Positions 53,634 through 62,854 are shown, counted from the stretch's first letter. The stretch is 64,000 nt of DNA from a virus (IMGVR_UViG_3300033067_001009:11905-75904); one strand, 5' to 3'. Numbers and translations are program-made. Notes: generated by a model not told the origin, from the sequence alone.

Positions 53634-55319
53634 CTATAAGATCAGCTTGGTCTTAGCCGAGCTGTCGGTACCAGCCGTCTTTCTGGTCGGCTCGATCCTG
53701 TTCATACGGTACACGCCTTTGTGGGTAGCGTCAAGGAACCGTCCGTCTGCTTCCTTGCACAGTAATTGTATCTCATCACGAGCCGTCACGGCAACCGGAG
53801 TGATGCGTGTTGCGGTCTCCTCGATCCCGCAGTTGAGCAGGTCGGCAAGACGGCAGCACGTTTCGATCTCTGCCCCTGTCCAGCCCTCGTCGTTGAGACC
53901 GGCGTTCTTACGCAGCTCATCCACATACACCCGTTCGTTCCCTGCCGAGACCAGCTCGTACTTGCGGAGGTAGATGTCCCAGATCGCATCACGCTCGGCC
54001 TTGCTCGGCAGGGCAAAGAAGTAGGTGCCGAGATTGTACCGGCGTTTGAGTTCGGGCGGGAGCTGCTCGATGCGGTTGCACGTGGCGATCCACATAATAC
54101 CGCCGTCGTCCCCGCCGATTGACCGGATGGTCTTGAGTGCGTTGCGGAGATTGGTCTCGCTCGAACCGACGAGCGAGTCTTTCATACCGGACAGGTCGAG
54201 GTGAATCGTGATCGCGTCCAGCTCCTCACCGAATGCCTTGGCGAGAGCCGACTTGCCGCACCCGTACACACCGGTCAGCATCAGTCCGTACGATCTGGTT
54301 TCCTGCATCTCGGTCAGCAGACTGCCGAGCATATTGCCGGAGACTCCCGACGTGTCGGTACCCTGTGATCCTGCCGTCGCCTTTTCGATCTCATCCACGA
54401 ACAGCAGCGTCTTGACTTTGAACTTGGGACTGTTCTTGAGACGCAGCAGGTATTCCTTGAGGGAATCGAGACCTCCCAGTGCGCTGAATCCTTGCCCTGT
54501 GCTGGGCTGTACAGACAGGCCACGCTGTTGATTCAGTGTCTGGATGGCGTTCTCCCGTAACCGGTCGAGATGAATGCCCCGATTGTCCATCGCAAGGAAC
54601 AGAATCTGCCGGACTTGAAAGAGCGGGACACCCCGCAGCGCTTCGCGCATCGAGAGGATAAGACTATCGGTCAGCACGAACTTCTCGTCGCCACGGTTCG
54701 CGTCGAAGTTTTCCTCGTACGACTGGTATGCCTGTTGTATCTCGTGTACGATCTCGTCCTCGACTGGGAGCGGTGCCGTGATCCGCTGGACGTGTTCCTT
54801 GAGTTCGGGTGGCACGTTGAAGTCGATGCCGACGAAGATCAGCGTGATCCGCGCAAGGCCGAGCGCATCACGGCTGTTCATCAGCAGCTGGACGGTCGAC
54901 AGGTAGTCCTCGTTCTTCTCTGATAAGAACCGGTCGCCGGTAAAGAACACGACCGCAGTACCCAGACCCTGCGGGTTGCCGCCACGGGTATCGTCGAGCA
55001 GGTGGTCAGCAATGTCGGTGATCGCTTTGATTGCGAGCAGAGAGTTGCGCGTATCCAGCTTATCCTTGGTCGCCTTGACCGTGACCAGCAGACGTTCGGC
55101 CTCTCCGAAGTTGGCCGTCAGACCATTGATCTCCAGACCCCCGACGCAGTCCCACGTGTAGATCAGTTCCTTGACCGGCGATGTCCCCTCTCTGATCCCG
55201 ATGGTTTGCAGAATGCTGGCGACCGTCGCCGGTTCGTCGACCGCACCGTCGACCAAAATCATCGGTACGTTCCGATCACACATCAGCGTGATCGCACTGC
55301 TAAATGGTAGTTTACTCAT
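53634..55319 (-). CDS. Ycf46-like AAA+ ATPase with permuted motif order
   Basis: Degenerate N-terminal AAA-like domain; GGLDSLK; LLFVDEIEK (Walker B) precedes LTGVYGCGKS (Walker A); IATCN, LPPEL and WTGAEIE follow. Confidence 0.85.
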   Translation of the reverse strand: MSKLPFSSAITLMCDRNVPMILVDGAVDEPATVASILQTIGIREGTSPVKELIYTWDCVGGLEINGLTANFGEAERLLVTVKATKDKLDTRNSLLAIKAITDIADHLLDDTRGGNPQGLGTAVVFFTGDRFLSEKNEDYLSTVQLLMNSRDALGLARITLIFVGIDFNVPPELKEHVQRITAPLPVEDEIVHEIQQAYQSYEENFDANRGDEKFVLTDSLILSMREALRGVPLFQVRQILFLAMDNRGIHLDRLRENAIQTLNQQRGLSVQPSTGQGFSALGGLDSLKEYLLRLKNSPKFKVKTLLFVDEIEKATAGSQGTDTSGVSGNMLGSLLTEMQETRSYGLMLTGVYGCGKSALAKAFGEELDAITIHLDLSGMKDSLVGSSETNLRNALKTIRSIGGDDGGIMWIATCNRIEQLPPELKRRYNLGTYFFALPSKAERDAIWDIYLRKYELVSAGNERVYVDELRKNAGLNDEGWTGAEIETCCRLADLLNCGIEETATRITPVAVTARDEIQLLCKEADGRFLDATHKGVYRMNRIEPTRKTAGTDSSAKTKLIL

Positions 55320-55666
55320 CTCCTAATTCCTCCATTAATTCCGGACGATACAGCTTAAGGTATCTCCGGAGTCCGTCCTTGAATGGTTTCAGCTGACGCG
55401 CACGTCTCCGTGCCGCAAACTCAGCCCACTTTGATTTCGGTTGATCGCTTGCGCGTATCCGTCTTACCACGTTGCCGCGCCGCAACATATCGATCATAGC
55501 CTCTTCGACTACATCGATCAGCTCCGGTACTTTCATACCGGCAGCCGACCGCTCGTTGAGAGTCACGGTCTTACCCAGCTGTAACTGGCGCTCCCATAGT
55601 CGGAGCGCCACACAGGCAGCCAGCCGTTTGTTGTACTTTTCGAGGGAGTACTTAAATGTTTCAGCC
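55312..55666 (-). CDS. Hypothetical basic protein
   Basis: GTG start with a GGAGG RBS. Confidence 0.45.
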
Positions 55667-55877
55667 ACTGTTACCTCCTGCCAACTCGTAAGCCGTGACA
55701 TTCGACACCACGTCCCTGTCCTCCAGCTCATCGAGCATACCCGCTATATACGTCGCCGCATCCTCGGCACCGTACGCTGCCTCCACCTCAGTCACTTCTA
55801 ACTCAAGAGTGACTAAGAACTGTTTAATCATAACACCTCCAAGTGAACAAAAGCCGAACGTTATTTCTTAGCTCGGC

Positions 55878-55906
55878 TTGACAAGTACCCTAGCCCTAGC
55901 TACAAT
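55878..55906 (+). promoter_or_regulatory. Near-consensus sigma70 promoter antisense to the early genes
   Basis: TTGACA-17bp-TACAAT. Confidence 0.6.
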
Positions 55907-55942
55907 CTAATTGTCTTCGGTTGCTTGGGCGAGGGGAATGCT

Positions 55943-56152
55943 TTACTTGAGGAAAGCGTCGATGCCACGCTTAATAAACGCATCCTCATCTTCGATCACC
56001 AGCTTTGCATCTTCGGCGCTGGCGTAGAACACCGGATCGCTGACGGGTACACCCTCAGACTCGAACAGTTCTTCTGCTTCCTCTTTCGAGTCAGCATCCA
56101 CCGCATACGTTGTTTTCCACAGCTCGATTGCTGTCACATAATACTTTGACAT
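55943..56152 (-). CDS. Small acidic early protein
   Basis: 69 aa with an AGGAGG RBS. Confidence 0.5.
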   Translation of the reverse strand: MSKYYVTAIELWKTTYAVDADSKEEAEELFESEGVPVSDPVFYASAEDAKLVIEDEDAFIKRGIDAFLK

Positions 56153-56210
56153 TTTAATTTACCTCCTCTTTAACTTCCCAACCTTACTGATCGACTTATG
56201 ATTAGCTTAA

Positions 56211-56576
56211 TTAATCACAGTCACGGTAATCAATGTGAGCCAGATTGACTCGCTCACAATACTCGAACTCTAACCGAACCTCGATACCAGACTCGCCAGT
56301 TATCACGAGTTGTAACTCATCGTCGGACGGTTTCGCATCAAGCCAAGCATCCTTGGTAAAGCAGTACGAGTACGACAATCCGCTTTCTCCGTCGATGGCG
56401 CACACTTTCAGTACCGTATCGTCGTCGTCGGCGTCGTCCAAGTCACCTTTGTTATACCATACCGTACACAGTTCCGATCCCAGTAACACATTTATGTCAC
56501 CGCACTTAAATAACCGATTAAAATCTTTCTTATTCATAACTCCTACTTTGAGTGCCCACCCAATAATATTTTGCCA
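56211..56576 (-). CDS. Acidic hypothetical protein
   Basis: The AAGGAGG RBS directly abuts the repeat at 56588-56603. The start codon is uncertain. Confidence 0.4.
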   Translation of the reverse strand, partial: WQNIIGWALKVGVMNKKDFNRLFKCGDINVLLGSELCTVWYNKGDLDDADDDDTVLKVCAIDGESGLSYSYCFTKDAWLDAKPSDDELQLVITGESGIEVRLEFEYCERVNLAHIDYRDCD

Positions 56577-56600
56577 TAGTTCCTCCTTGAGTGTCGACAC

Positions 56601-56954
56601 TCATAACGACCACAGTGATTTATAATCTTGGATCACCAGCTTCTTGCACTGCTCGGGAAGCTGGTCGAACGGGATGCGTTTACCGAGGTGGTTCTTGCGC
56701 CCCATCGCCGGAGCGTAGCCCCACTTATTCGTATCGATACTGCCCTGATTCTCACCGTGCTGACCGAAACCTTGCGGGTGGAACGGATTGCTGCTCATCC
56801 CGACATACCAGCAGCTGCCTCCGGTACTGCGTCGATAGTTGCCGGTGTACACCACCGTGTACCTGTCCCAAGTCTCGCCGCCGTTATCATAACACCGGAC
56901 GTACTTGGGCACACCGTCCGGCATCAGTCTTTGTTCACGATTGTTTGCCATCAT
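56601..56954 (-). CDS. Conserved phage early protein
   Basis: YDNGGETWDRYTVV...MSSNPFHPQGFGQ...HLGKRI; the stop TGA is part of the repeat. Confidence 0.6.
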   Translation of the reverse strand: MMANNREQRLMPDGVPKYVRCYDNGGETWDRYTVVYTGNYRRSTGGSCWYVGMSSNPFHPQGFGQHGENQGSIDTNKWGYAPAMGRKNHLGKRIPFDQLPEQCKKLVIQDYKSLWSL

Positions 56955-57208
56955 TAACCTCCGTAGTTTTGCACAAGAACTTGCCGTCCTTGTATTCGTG
57001 GGCGATAAGTCCTTTCGCTGTTAAAGCCAAGACCTGCCCTTTGTACTCACCGTGGATCACGACCGGAGAGTCCCTAAGATAAATCTCACCGTGCCGACGA
57101 CGGACGCACTCACTCAGGATGAACACCTCCAGCGCCGACAACTGCTTGATTACTTTCTCCGGATACTCGTGATGCTTTATCAGCACATCTCTGCACTGAG
57201 CAGCCATA

Positions 57209-57856
57209 CTAGACATACGCTCTCTCCTCCTCCTCCTCCTCCTGCTTGGTCGGCTCGAATAGAAAATTGAGCGTCTTGCTACCGCCCTCGACAAAGAAAG
57301 CGGCAAGGTCTCCCCGCATATGGCAGACGTTTAACATCCGGTCGATGACTACCAGTTTCTCTTCGGGGGTGCGAGCGCACAGCATCGGTGTCACCAATGC
57401 CTTTAACTGCGGCAACCCGTAGTCACTGATGATGTCGCCCTCGGTATCGTGAACCCCAAAGTCCGACTCGTAGTATAGTTGTTCGTCCTCCTCGGAGATG
57501 GTAATCTCCTCCAGATCTGCGATCTCTCTGAACCCGCAGTGGGTAGCGTGGCCGGAGAGAGCGTTATGCACTTCGAGTTGAGCCAGATTGATAACCATCT
57601 GCGTCTCGAACTGATCGACCATATCTTTGTCGGCCTTGCCGAACGCGGCGTAGTCGTTCCACGTCTTGACTAAGTCCTTAGCAGGGATTACCTCGAACTT
57701 AAAACGCTTGGTACGGTCGGTCTTGTACTCGCAGAACAGCTGCCAGATGTACAGCTGCTGCGCGTCGTACTCGTTATGGTACATATACCACGCAGTCTCT
57801 TGGTCGGGAGCATCGCCGGAGTACCATTCACCGAACTTGTAGTTTTCGCCCGTCAT
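57209..57856 (-). CDS. Hypothetical phage protein
   Basis: 215 aa with a GGAGG RBS. Confidence 0.55.
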   Translation of the reverse strand: MTGENYKFGEWYSGDAPDQETAWYMYHNEYDAQQLYIWQLFCEYKTDRTKRFKFEVIPAKDLVKTWNDYAAFGKADKDMVDQFETQMVINLAQLEVHNALSGHATHCGFREIADLEEITISEEDEQLYYESDFGVHDTEGDIISDYGLPQLKALVTPMLCARTPEEKLVVIDRMLNVCHMRGDLAAFFVEGGSKTLNFLFEPTKQEEEEEERAYV

Positions 57857-58154
57857 TATGTAACCTCCAGCCCTTTAAGGCTATCGAAAATCCCCCGAAC
57901 CATTTCATAGCTCGGGGTTTGAACACGGAGAAGTCTGCCCACTGGGTCATATAGACAGCACCATCGTCCACAACAGCGACCATCCATCCGTCGTACGGCA
58001 GGATATAACCCTCGTCACGGCAACCCATACCATCGTCCCACCAGACCCAGTAGACCTCTTTTACGCTGGCCTTGCGTTCAAGTACCCAGCGCAGGTTCTT
58101 GACGTGTCTCGCTTTCAGAGACCCGTCCTTACGTTTGCTAATTACTACCGGCAT
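57828..58154 (-). CDS. Hypothetical protein
   Basis: 108 aa with an AGGAGG RBS. Confidence 0.5.
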   Translation of the reverse strand: MPVVISKRKDGSLKARHVKNLRWVLERKASVKEVYWVWWDDGMGCRDEGYILPYDGWMVAVVDDGAVYMTQWADFSVFKPRAMKWFGGFSIALKGWRLHNDGRKLQVR

Positions 58155-58162
58155 AAGACCTC

Positions 58163-58399
58163 CTAGTAGATCACGTACGCCAACAGCTCCAGCGCTTCTG
58201 TGGGGTTCTTGCTCCGGATACAGTACTCGATGAACTCTTTCCGGTCAGCGATCCGCATTTCGTGAAACATCTTCTTGGATTGCTTCTGCTGGCCGACGTT
58301 GTACACGTCGAAGATGTGCTCGTAGAAGTCTCCCGTGTCGTCAGCTTCGTAGTACCGGACGAGAGCGCCGATACTTCTGGTTCTTATTCCTTTTGACAT
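58163..58399 (-). CDS. Small hypothetical protein
   Basis: 78 aa with an AGGAG RBS. Confidence 0.5.
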   Translation of the reverse strand: MSKGIRTRSIGALVRYYEADDTGDFYEHIFDVYNVGQQKQSKKMFHEMRIADRKEFIEYCIRSKNPTEALELLAYVIY

Positions 58400-58426
58400 A
58401 GCTTTTTGTCTCCTGTTGTTTTGATT

Positions 58427-59371
58427 TTAGTCTCTCGGAAATAACGGCAGCTCGACTGCTTCCGCCATCCATTTAATGTCTGCGTCGATCCACAACTTAG
58501 CTTCGTCGATGACGTATTGCCACTCGTTGCGTCCTGTACGCAGGTGAACCGTACCCTCTCCGGTGTCAAAGTCATCACCGTGGTCAGGGCAGAACCCGTA
58601 CACCGAAGCGACCACCTCACCCTCACCGTTTCGGATGACATAGCAAGCGACGTTGCCGGTCAAGTAATCGTCGAACACCCTGACCTCAGAGCGAAGTATT
58701 GCCTCCGCTCTGTTAGACAGCACCTGTGATACGTGGTGGTAGTTAAGAGTCACGGTCTTGGTCTGGTCTTTGTGCTCGCCGCTCCGGTGCGGGTCGAAGT
58801 CGACCACCAAGTGTACTCGACCGGCCTTAAGCACCCGCCCCCAGTCTCTGTCAAAACCGCGCCACCGCACGTAGTCGCCTTTCTTCGGCTTACGCTTCGA
58901 GTCGGTACTGAACAAAGTCTGCTTGTTGTAGCCGGTCTCTTTCAAGAATCGCTCTCGGGTACAGAATATCACACCCACCTGTCCCGAGTCCCACGGACAG
59001 GAGAACCCGTCCGTGTTGATCGTGATACCAGAGTGGTCGTACATATACACCGGCAGTATGACAGCGTTCTCGTGCGCCTTTTTGTGTATGTATTCCTTGA
59101 CGAACCGCTCGCTGCGCCAACGCCCTTTCAGTTTGTACACGTCCTCCCAGTTACGTTGTTCGAGGTCGTCGAAGCTGACACCTGCCAGATGCTCCAGCAG
59201 CTCCTCGTAATCCGAGAACTCGTTCTCGTCCGGACTGGTGTAGTGCTTGTGCCACCAGATGAGCGTCCCAAGATTGTCTTGATCCCTGCGGGGGTGGTGG
59301 AACGCTTCGTCCTCACCCTCGATTGTTATCGAGTATCCTTTGTACTCGATCTTCTCTATTTCGTAGGCCAT
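58427..59371 (-). CDS. Mobile-element early protein with SH3-like insertion
   Basis: LPVYMYDHSG...CPWDSGQVGVI...EV..FDDYLTG motif, plus a KKGDYVRW insert. Confidence 0.6.
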   Translation of the reverse strand: MAYEIEKIEYKGYSITIEGEDEAFHHPRRDQDNLGTLIWWHKHYTSPDENEFSDYEELLEHLAGVSFDDLEQRNWEDVYKLKGRWRSERFVKEYIHKKAHENAVILPVYMYDHSGITINTDGFSCPWDSGQVGVIFCTRERFLKETGYNKQTLFSTDSKRKPKKGDYVRWRGFDRDWGRVLKAGRVHLVVDFDPHRSGEHKDQTKTVTLNYHHVSQVLSNRAEAILRSEVRVFDDYLTGNVACYVIRNGEGEVVASVYGFCPDHGDDFDTGEGTVHLRTGRNEWQYVIDEAKLWIDADIKWMAEAVELPLFPRD

Positions 59372-59380
59372 TTGAACCTC

Positions 59381-59695
59381 CTAAATTCTGGGGAGATAGG
59401 TTGTCAGCGGGTAGTCCAGCTTCGACTGGATTTCTTTCGCTAATTCGTGAGTCGCTTGGTTGCGACCGTCGTAGCCGTACTCGTCGGAAGCGCAGAACGC
59501 CAACCATTCCACCATCATCCGTGTCACATCCTGCTGGTGTGTACGGTGCTGTACGCGCATCTTTTCGATGAACTCCGGATGACTCCGATCATACGTACCG
59601 GCCACCTTGACCAGATCGTTGACCAATGCCTCCGCTTGTCTCAGCTTTTCCTGTTGGTTTTCCCACTGCTCGATTGTCATATTGTCGTCTTTCAT
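59381..59695 (-). CDS. Hypothetical protein
   Basis: 104 aa with an AAGGA RBS. Confidence 0.5.
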   Translation of the reverse strand: MKDDNMTIEQWENQQEKLRQAEALVNDLVKVAGTYDRSHPEFIEKMRVQHRTHQQDVTRMMVEWLAFCASDEYGYDGRNQATHELAKEIQSKLDYPLTTYLPRI

Positions 59696-59753
59696 AGTTT
59701 AATCCTTTACTTTTCTTTCAAGTATGAAAGTTTTTAACACCTGTTGTCTCGGC

Positions 59754-59781
59754 TTGACAGGGTGTTACCCTGTGCTACCAT
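59754..59781 (+). promoter_or_regulatory. Second antisense sigma70-like promoter, homologous to the 55878 element
   Basis: TTGACA-16bp-TACCAT; shares CTCGGCTTGACA and GCTACxATxTAATTGT with the 55872-55914 site. Confidence 0.5.
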
Positions 59782-60020
59782 TTAATTGTATCCAGTTGCT
59801 CGGTCGAGGAAGTTGCTTTAGCGTAGGCGTACATCGCCAGCTCTAAAAACGATACTTCAACCTCTTCCTTGTAGTAACCGGATTCACCAGTTCTGATTCT
59901 AATCAGTAACCGGTTGTTGAGCCTGTCCTCTTCCAGACTACCGACGGTGTAGAAGTTATTCCCCACCTTGGCTGTTATCAAGCCTCGAAGAAACGCAGCC
60001 TTATCCTCATCAGTGAACAT
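59775..60020 (-). CDS. Hypothetical protein
   Basis: 81 aa with a GGAGG RBS. Confidence 0.45.
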   Translation of the reverse strand: MFTDEDKAAFLRGLITAKVGNNFYTVGSLEEDRLNNRLLIRIRTGESGYYKEEVEVSFLELAMYAYAKATSSTEQLDTIKW

Positions 60021-60024
60021 TACG

Positions 60025-60369
60025 CTACCTCCATCCTATCGAGTACTTGTTTCGTACGTTGATTCGTCCACCATCCCCGACATACCACAGATCACCATCG
60101 ATCAGCACTTCCTCCAGCACCCGTCGCAGCTCTGCCATCGAGCGCTCTTTCGTTTGGTGTCCGAAAAATTCAACCAGTGTAGGCACTGTGTCACGGACGC
60201 TTGAGGCTCTGCCGAAGTAGATTTTGTACCGACCGTCTGTAAATTTGTGGAAGTCGGCTTGCGTCTTTAACTTTCCGACGTGTATCTTATTACCGTCCCA
60301 GATACCCAGCTCTCCGAGTATTGCAACGATACGATCACGCACTGCTTGTCGTTTCTCACGCTCCTCCAT
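60025..60369 (-). CDS. Hypothetical protein
   Basis: ATG at 60369 with an AGGAGG RBS. Confidence 0.45.
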   Translation of the reverse strand: MEEREKRQAVRDRIVAILGELGIWDGNKIHVGKLKTQADFHKFTDGRYKIYFGRASSVRDTVPTLVEFFGHQTKERSMAELRRVLEEVLIDGDLWYVGDGGRINVRNKYSIGWR

Positions 60370-60850
60370 TATCGTCACCTCCTGAAATAACTTCCGGATG
60401 GCAGACCGGACACATATCGTCCAGTATGATGCCGCACGGTTCGGGCGGGGCAATGTTCATTTCCTTACGGACATCTTTCGCCAGCTCGGACTCGGCGCGT
60501 AACGCCCCGAAGTGTCCCTTGCCGCATTTCCACGCGATGCCTCCGGCCTTGATTACTTCATCGATCTCGCGCAAGCTGGTCTCCATCGACTCTTTGCATT
60601 TGTCGCACGGTTCGTTCGACGGGATACGCTCGAACTCGTCCAGCTCTACCTTGTTGTCAAACCCGACGTGGCCGCAACTCGGGCATTTGTCGTTGGCCGA
60701 CATTCCATAGCCTACCGTATTGCAGCTCCCGCAGCTGCTCTTCCAGTTACGGTTACCGATCATTGCGATCCCGTTGTAATCCCCACCGCAGATTTGGCAG
60801 AACATCATACGGGGATTGATCCCACGTTTAGGATGTAAGTAAAGAGTCAT
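60356..60850 (-). CDS. Cys-rich zinc-finger protein
   Basis: Several CxxC pairs; the GGAGGAG RBS follows the repeat at 60862. Confidence 0.55.
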   Translation of the reverse strand: MTLYLHPKRGINPRMMFCQICGGDYNGIAMIGNRNWKSSCGSCNTVGYGMSANDKCPSCGHVGFDNKVELDEFERIPSNEPCDKCKESMETSLREIDEVIKAGGIAWKCGKGHFGALRAESELAKDVRKEMNIAPPEPCGIILDDMCPVCHPEVISGGDDNGGA

Positions 60851-61235
60851 AACTCCTCCCTTGAGTGTCGACACTCATAGCGTTGGCGGCAGCGACAGCC
60901 ACCGTCTTTACCAGTTCCCACGTCAGGTCTTCGTTCGACAGACCGAGCGGCGGGTTGACGATTTGTTCAGTGGCTTGGAAGTTACCGCAGAGACCGCAGT
61001 GACAATCTACCAAGTCGATGACAGTGACAGAGACTGGGGACAGTTCCCCAGTCTTAATAAGTTGATTCCGAGTGAGCTGGTATGCGGGTTTGGGGACAGC
61101 TCGTTTAACACGGTCTTTTGCGAATCCGATCACCGGCAAACCGTGGCCGTTCATTCTTACGTTGTACATAGCTTGAACTCCTATTATTAAGTTGTATTTG
61201 CACCTGACGGTACACGGACAGGTTCGAGCCTCCAC
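60828..61235 (-). CDS. Hypothetical protein with CxCxxC
   Basis: Ends with the repeat-encoded SVDTQ. The true start is probably the ATG at 61169. Confidence 0.4.
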   Translation of the reverse strand: MEARTCPCTVRCKYNLIIGVQAMYNVRMNGHGLPVIGFAKDRVKRAVPKPAYQLTRNQLIKTGELSPVSVTVIDLVDCHCGLCGNFQATEQIVNPPLGLSNEDLTWELVKTVAVAAANAMSVDTQGRSYDSLLTS

Positions 61236-61405
61236 ATCGAACCTGCTAGTCTATCGTCAGTTATCCGTCTTTGAACAAGCGGTCAGTTCGCGCATCGCTG
61301 GTAAGGTAGCCCAGCGACACGACTTCCAGTATGCTTTGCAGCAGAGTTATGACGGCAACTATCCAGAACTCCCGCAGCTCCCGCTTGTCTTGGTACCGTG
61401 TCTTT

Positions 61406-61939
61406 CTAATCAGCGCCATTGTTTTCCTCCTCGTACAGCGCCTCGTCGGGTAAGGTGTATGCCCAGTAGCCCTTGTCGGCCTCGACCTCTCCCGAATCGG
61501 CATCCACTTGGTTCGGGTAGCACGGGGAGCACATCGAGCGGAAGCATTTCTTCCACTTCGACCAGACCACCTGAATCACATCCTCTCGGGAGATGGCCGC
61601 ATACCCGTGTTTCCCCTGTTCGTTCGGTTTGTAATCGTGAAAGCCGAAGTCGTCCTCGGGAGTCGCCTCGACCCAATCCCCCAGCAGATAAGTGGCATTG
61701 TCCGACTCGAATCCCTCGGTGAAAGCAGCGTGATCCGTACCGTCCTCGCATCCCCACTCTTTGCAGTCGTGGTCGGCCAGTGCGTCTTCAAAGGCGATGT
61801 TGATAGCATCCCCGTACATCTCCTCGTCGACGATCCAGTCCAAGTCTACCTGACGATTGTATTTCTGGTAGACACCAGTGTGCATTTGAGTCACGTCGAT
61901 CCCGTAAGGCACGGTCTCGGATTTACGTTCTTGTGACAT
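61406..61939 (-). CDS. Acidic phage early protein
   Basis: SMCSPCYPNQ motif; AGGAGG RBS. Confidence 0.6.
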   Translation of the reverse strand: MSQERKSETVPYGIDVTQMHTGVYQKYNRQVDLDWIVDEEMYGDAINIAFEDALADHDCKEWGCEDGTDHAAFTEGFESDNATYLLGDWVEATPEDDFGFHDYKPNEQGKHGYAAISREDVIQVVWSKWKKCFRSMCSPCYPNQVDADSGEVEADKGYWAYTLPDEALYEEENNGAD

Positions 61940-62009
61940 AGTTTAATCCTCCTTTACCGAATTTTTGGCTTCCGCAAGTGCGTTGATAGCGTCACGGCTT
62001 CGCCTGTAT

Positions 62010-62573
62010 TCAAACTCGGTAATCCTCCTCGGGGACAATGCACACGTGACAGTAATCTGAATCCGTGGTTGCCACCGTCCATTCGCAGACCTTGCACCCC
62101 TTTCGGGGCGGCAGGTCTAACTTGACCTCGTAAGCACGTTCTGACTGGGTGAATGTTTCCCCGTCTATGACAGGGTACACCCAGACCACGAACGTACCGT
62201 TATTCTCCTCACTGTCGGAGATGCTGACATCGTGGAAGTCATCGAGCTGATGCCACTCGTCGATCAGCATATCCAACGGATGCTCGTTCAATACTCGGAG
62301 CGCCAGTGCCTTGGCGGCATCCTGAGTCTCCGGACTGTTAGAAAACATAGCTAATCCTCCTCCCCCGTCGAGTTTGACCTCGATAGCGTCGATCATCGGG
62401 GTGTCACTGAACGTCACTACCACCGGACGAATCTTGTAGATAGCATTCGGCAGTACTTTGCTTAACTCCACAGAGCGACGAATCGCTTCATCCTCTGTGT
62501 GGTACGCCTGTCTCAGTAGCACCCATCCGAGGCCGTTGTCCTCCTGTATCGTCCAAAACTGTTTAGAAGACAT
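62010..62573 (-). CDS. Hypothetical protein
   Basis: ATG at 62573 with a GAGGA RBS; C-terminal CxxC...CxxC. Confidence 0.5.
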   Translation of the reverse strand: MSSKQFWTIQEDNGLGWVLLRQAYHTEDEAIRRSVELSKVLPNAIYKIRPVVVTFSDTPMIDAIEVKLDGGGGLAMFSNSPETQDAAKALALRVLNEHPLDMLIDEWHQLDDFHDVSISDSEENNGTFVVWVYPVIDGETFTQSERAYEVKLDLPPRKGCKVCEWTVATTDSDYCHVCIVPEEDYRV

Positions 62574-62781
62574 CGATCTTTCCTCCTTGAAGTACCTCGA
62601 TAGCTTTGCGCCGGTCGGCTTCTTTGATGTCGAAGTACTCCTTAACCCAGCCCGAAACCGCTCGTTCGGCTGCCCGCGCGACTGTACGCAGCGTTTCGTG
62701 GGTCGGGAGGGCTTCCGCTTGCTCCTCGACTTTGGAAACGGCCACAGAATCACGCTTGATAACTTTGATTCGTTGTTTCAT
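62563..62781 (-). CDS. Small hypothetical protein
   Basis: 72 aa, first gene downstream of the 28-bp palindrome. Confidence 0.45.
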   Translation of the reverse strand: MKQRIKVIKRDSVAVSKVEEQAEALPTHETLRTVARAAERAVSGWVKEYFDIKEADRRKAIEVLQGGKIDVF

Positions 62782-62826
62782 AGTTTTTAAGTTGTATCTT
62801 GGATTTGCACCTTGACGATGCAGATA

Positions 62827-62854
62827 ATGGTACGAGTGTCGACACTCGTACCAT
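62827..62854. repeat. 28-bp perfect palindrome ATGGTACGAGTGTCGACACTCGTACCAT
   Basis: Intergenic; arms checked base by base. Confidence 0.97.
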
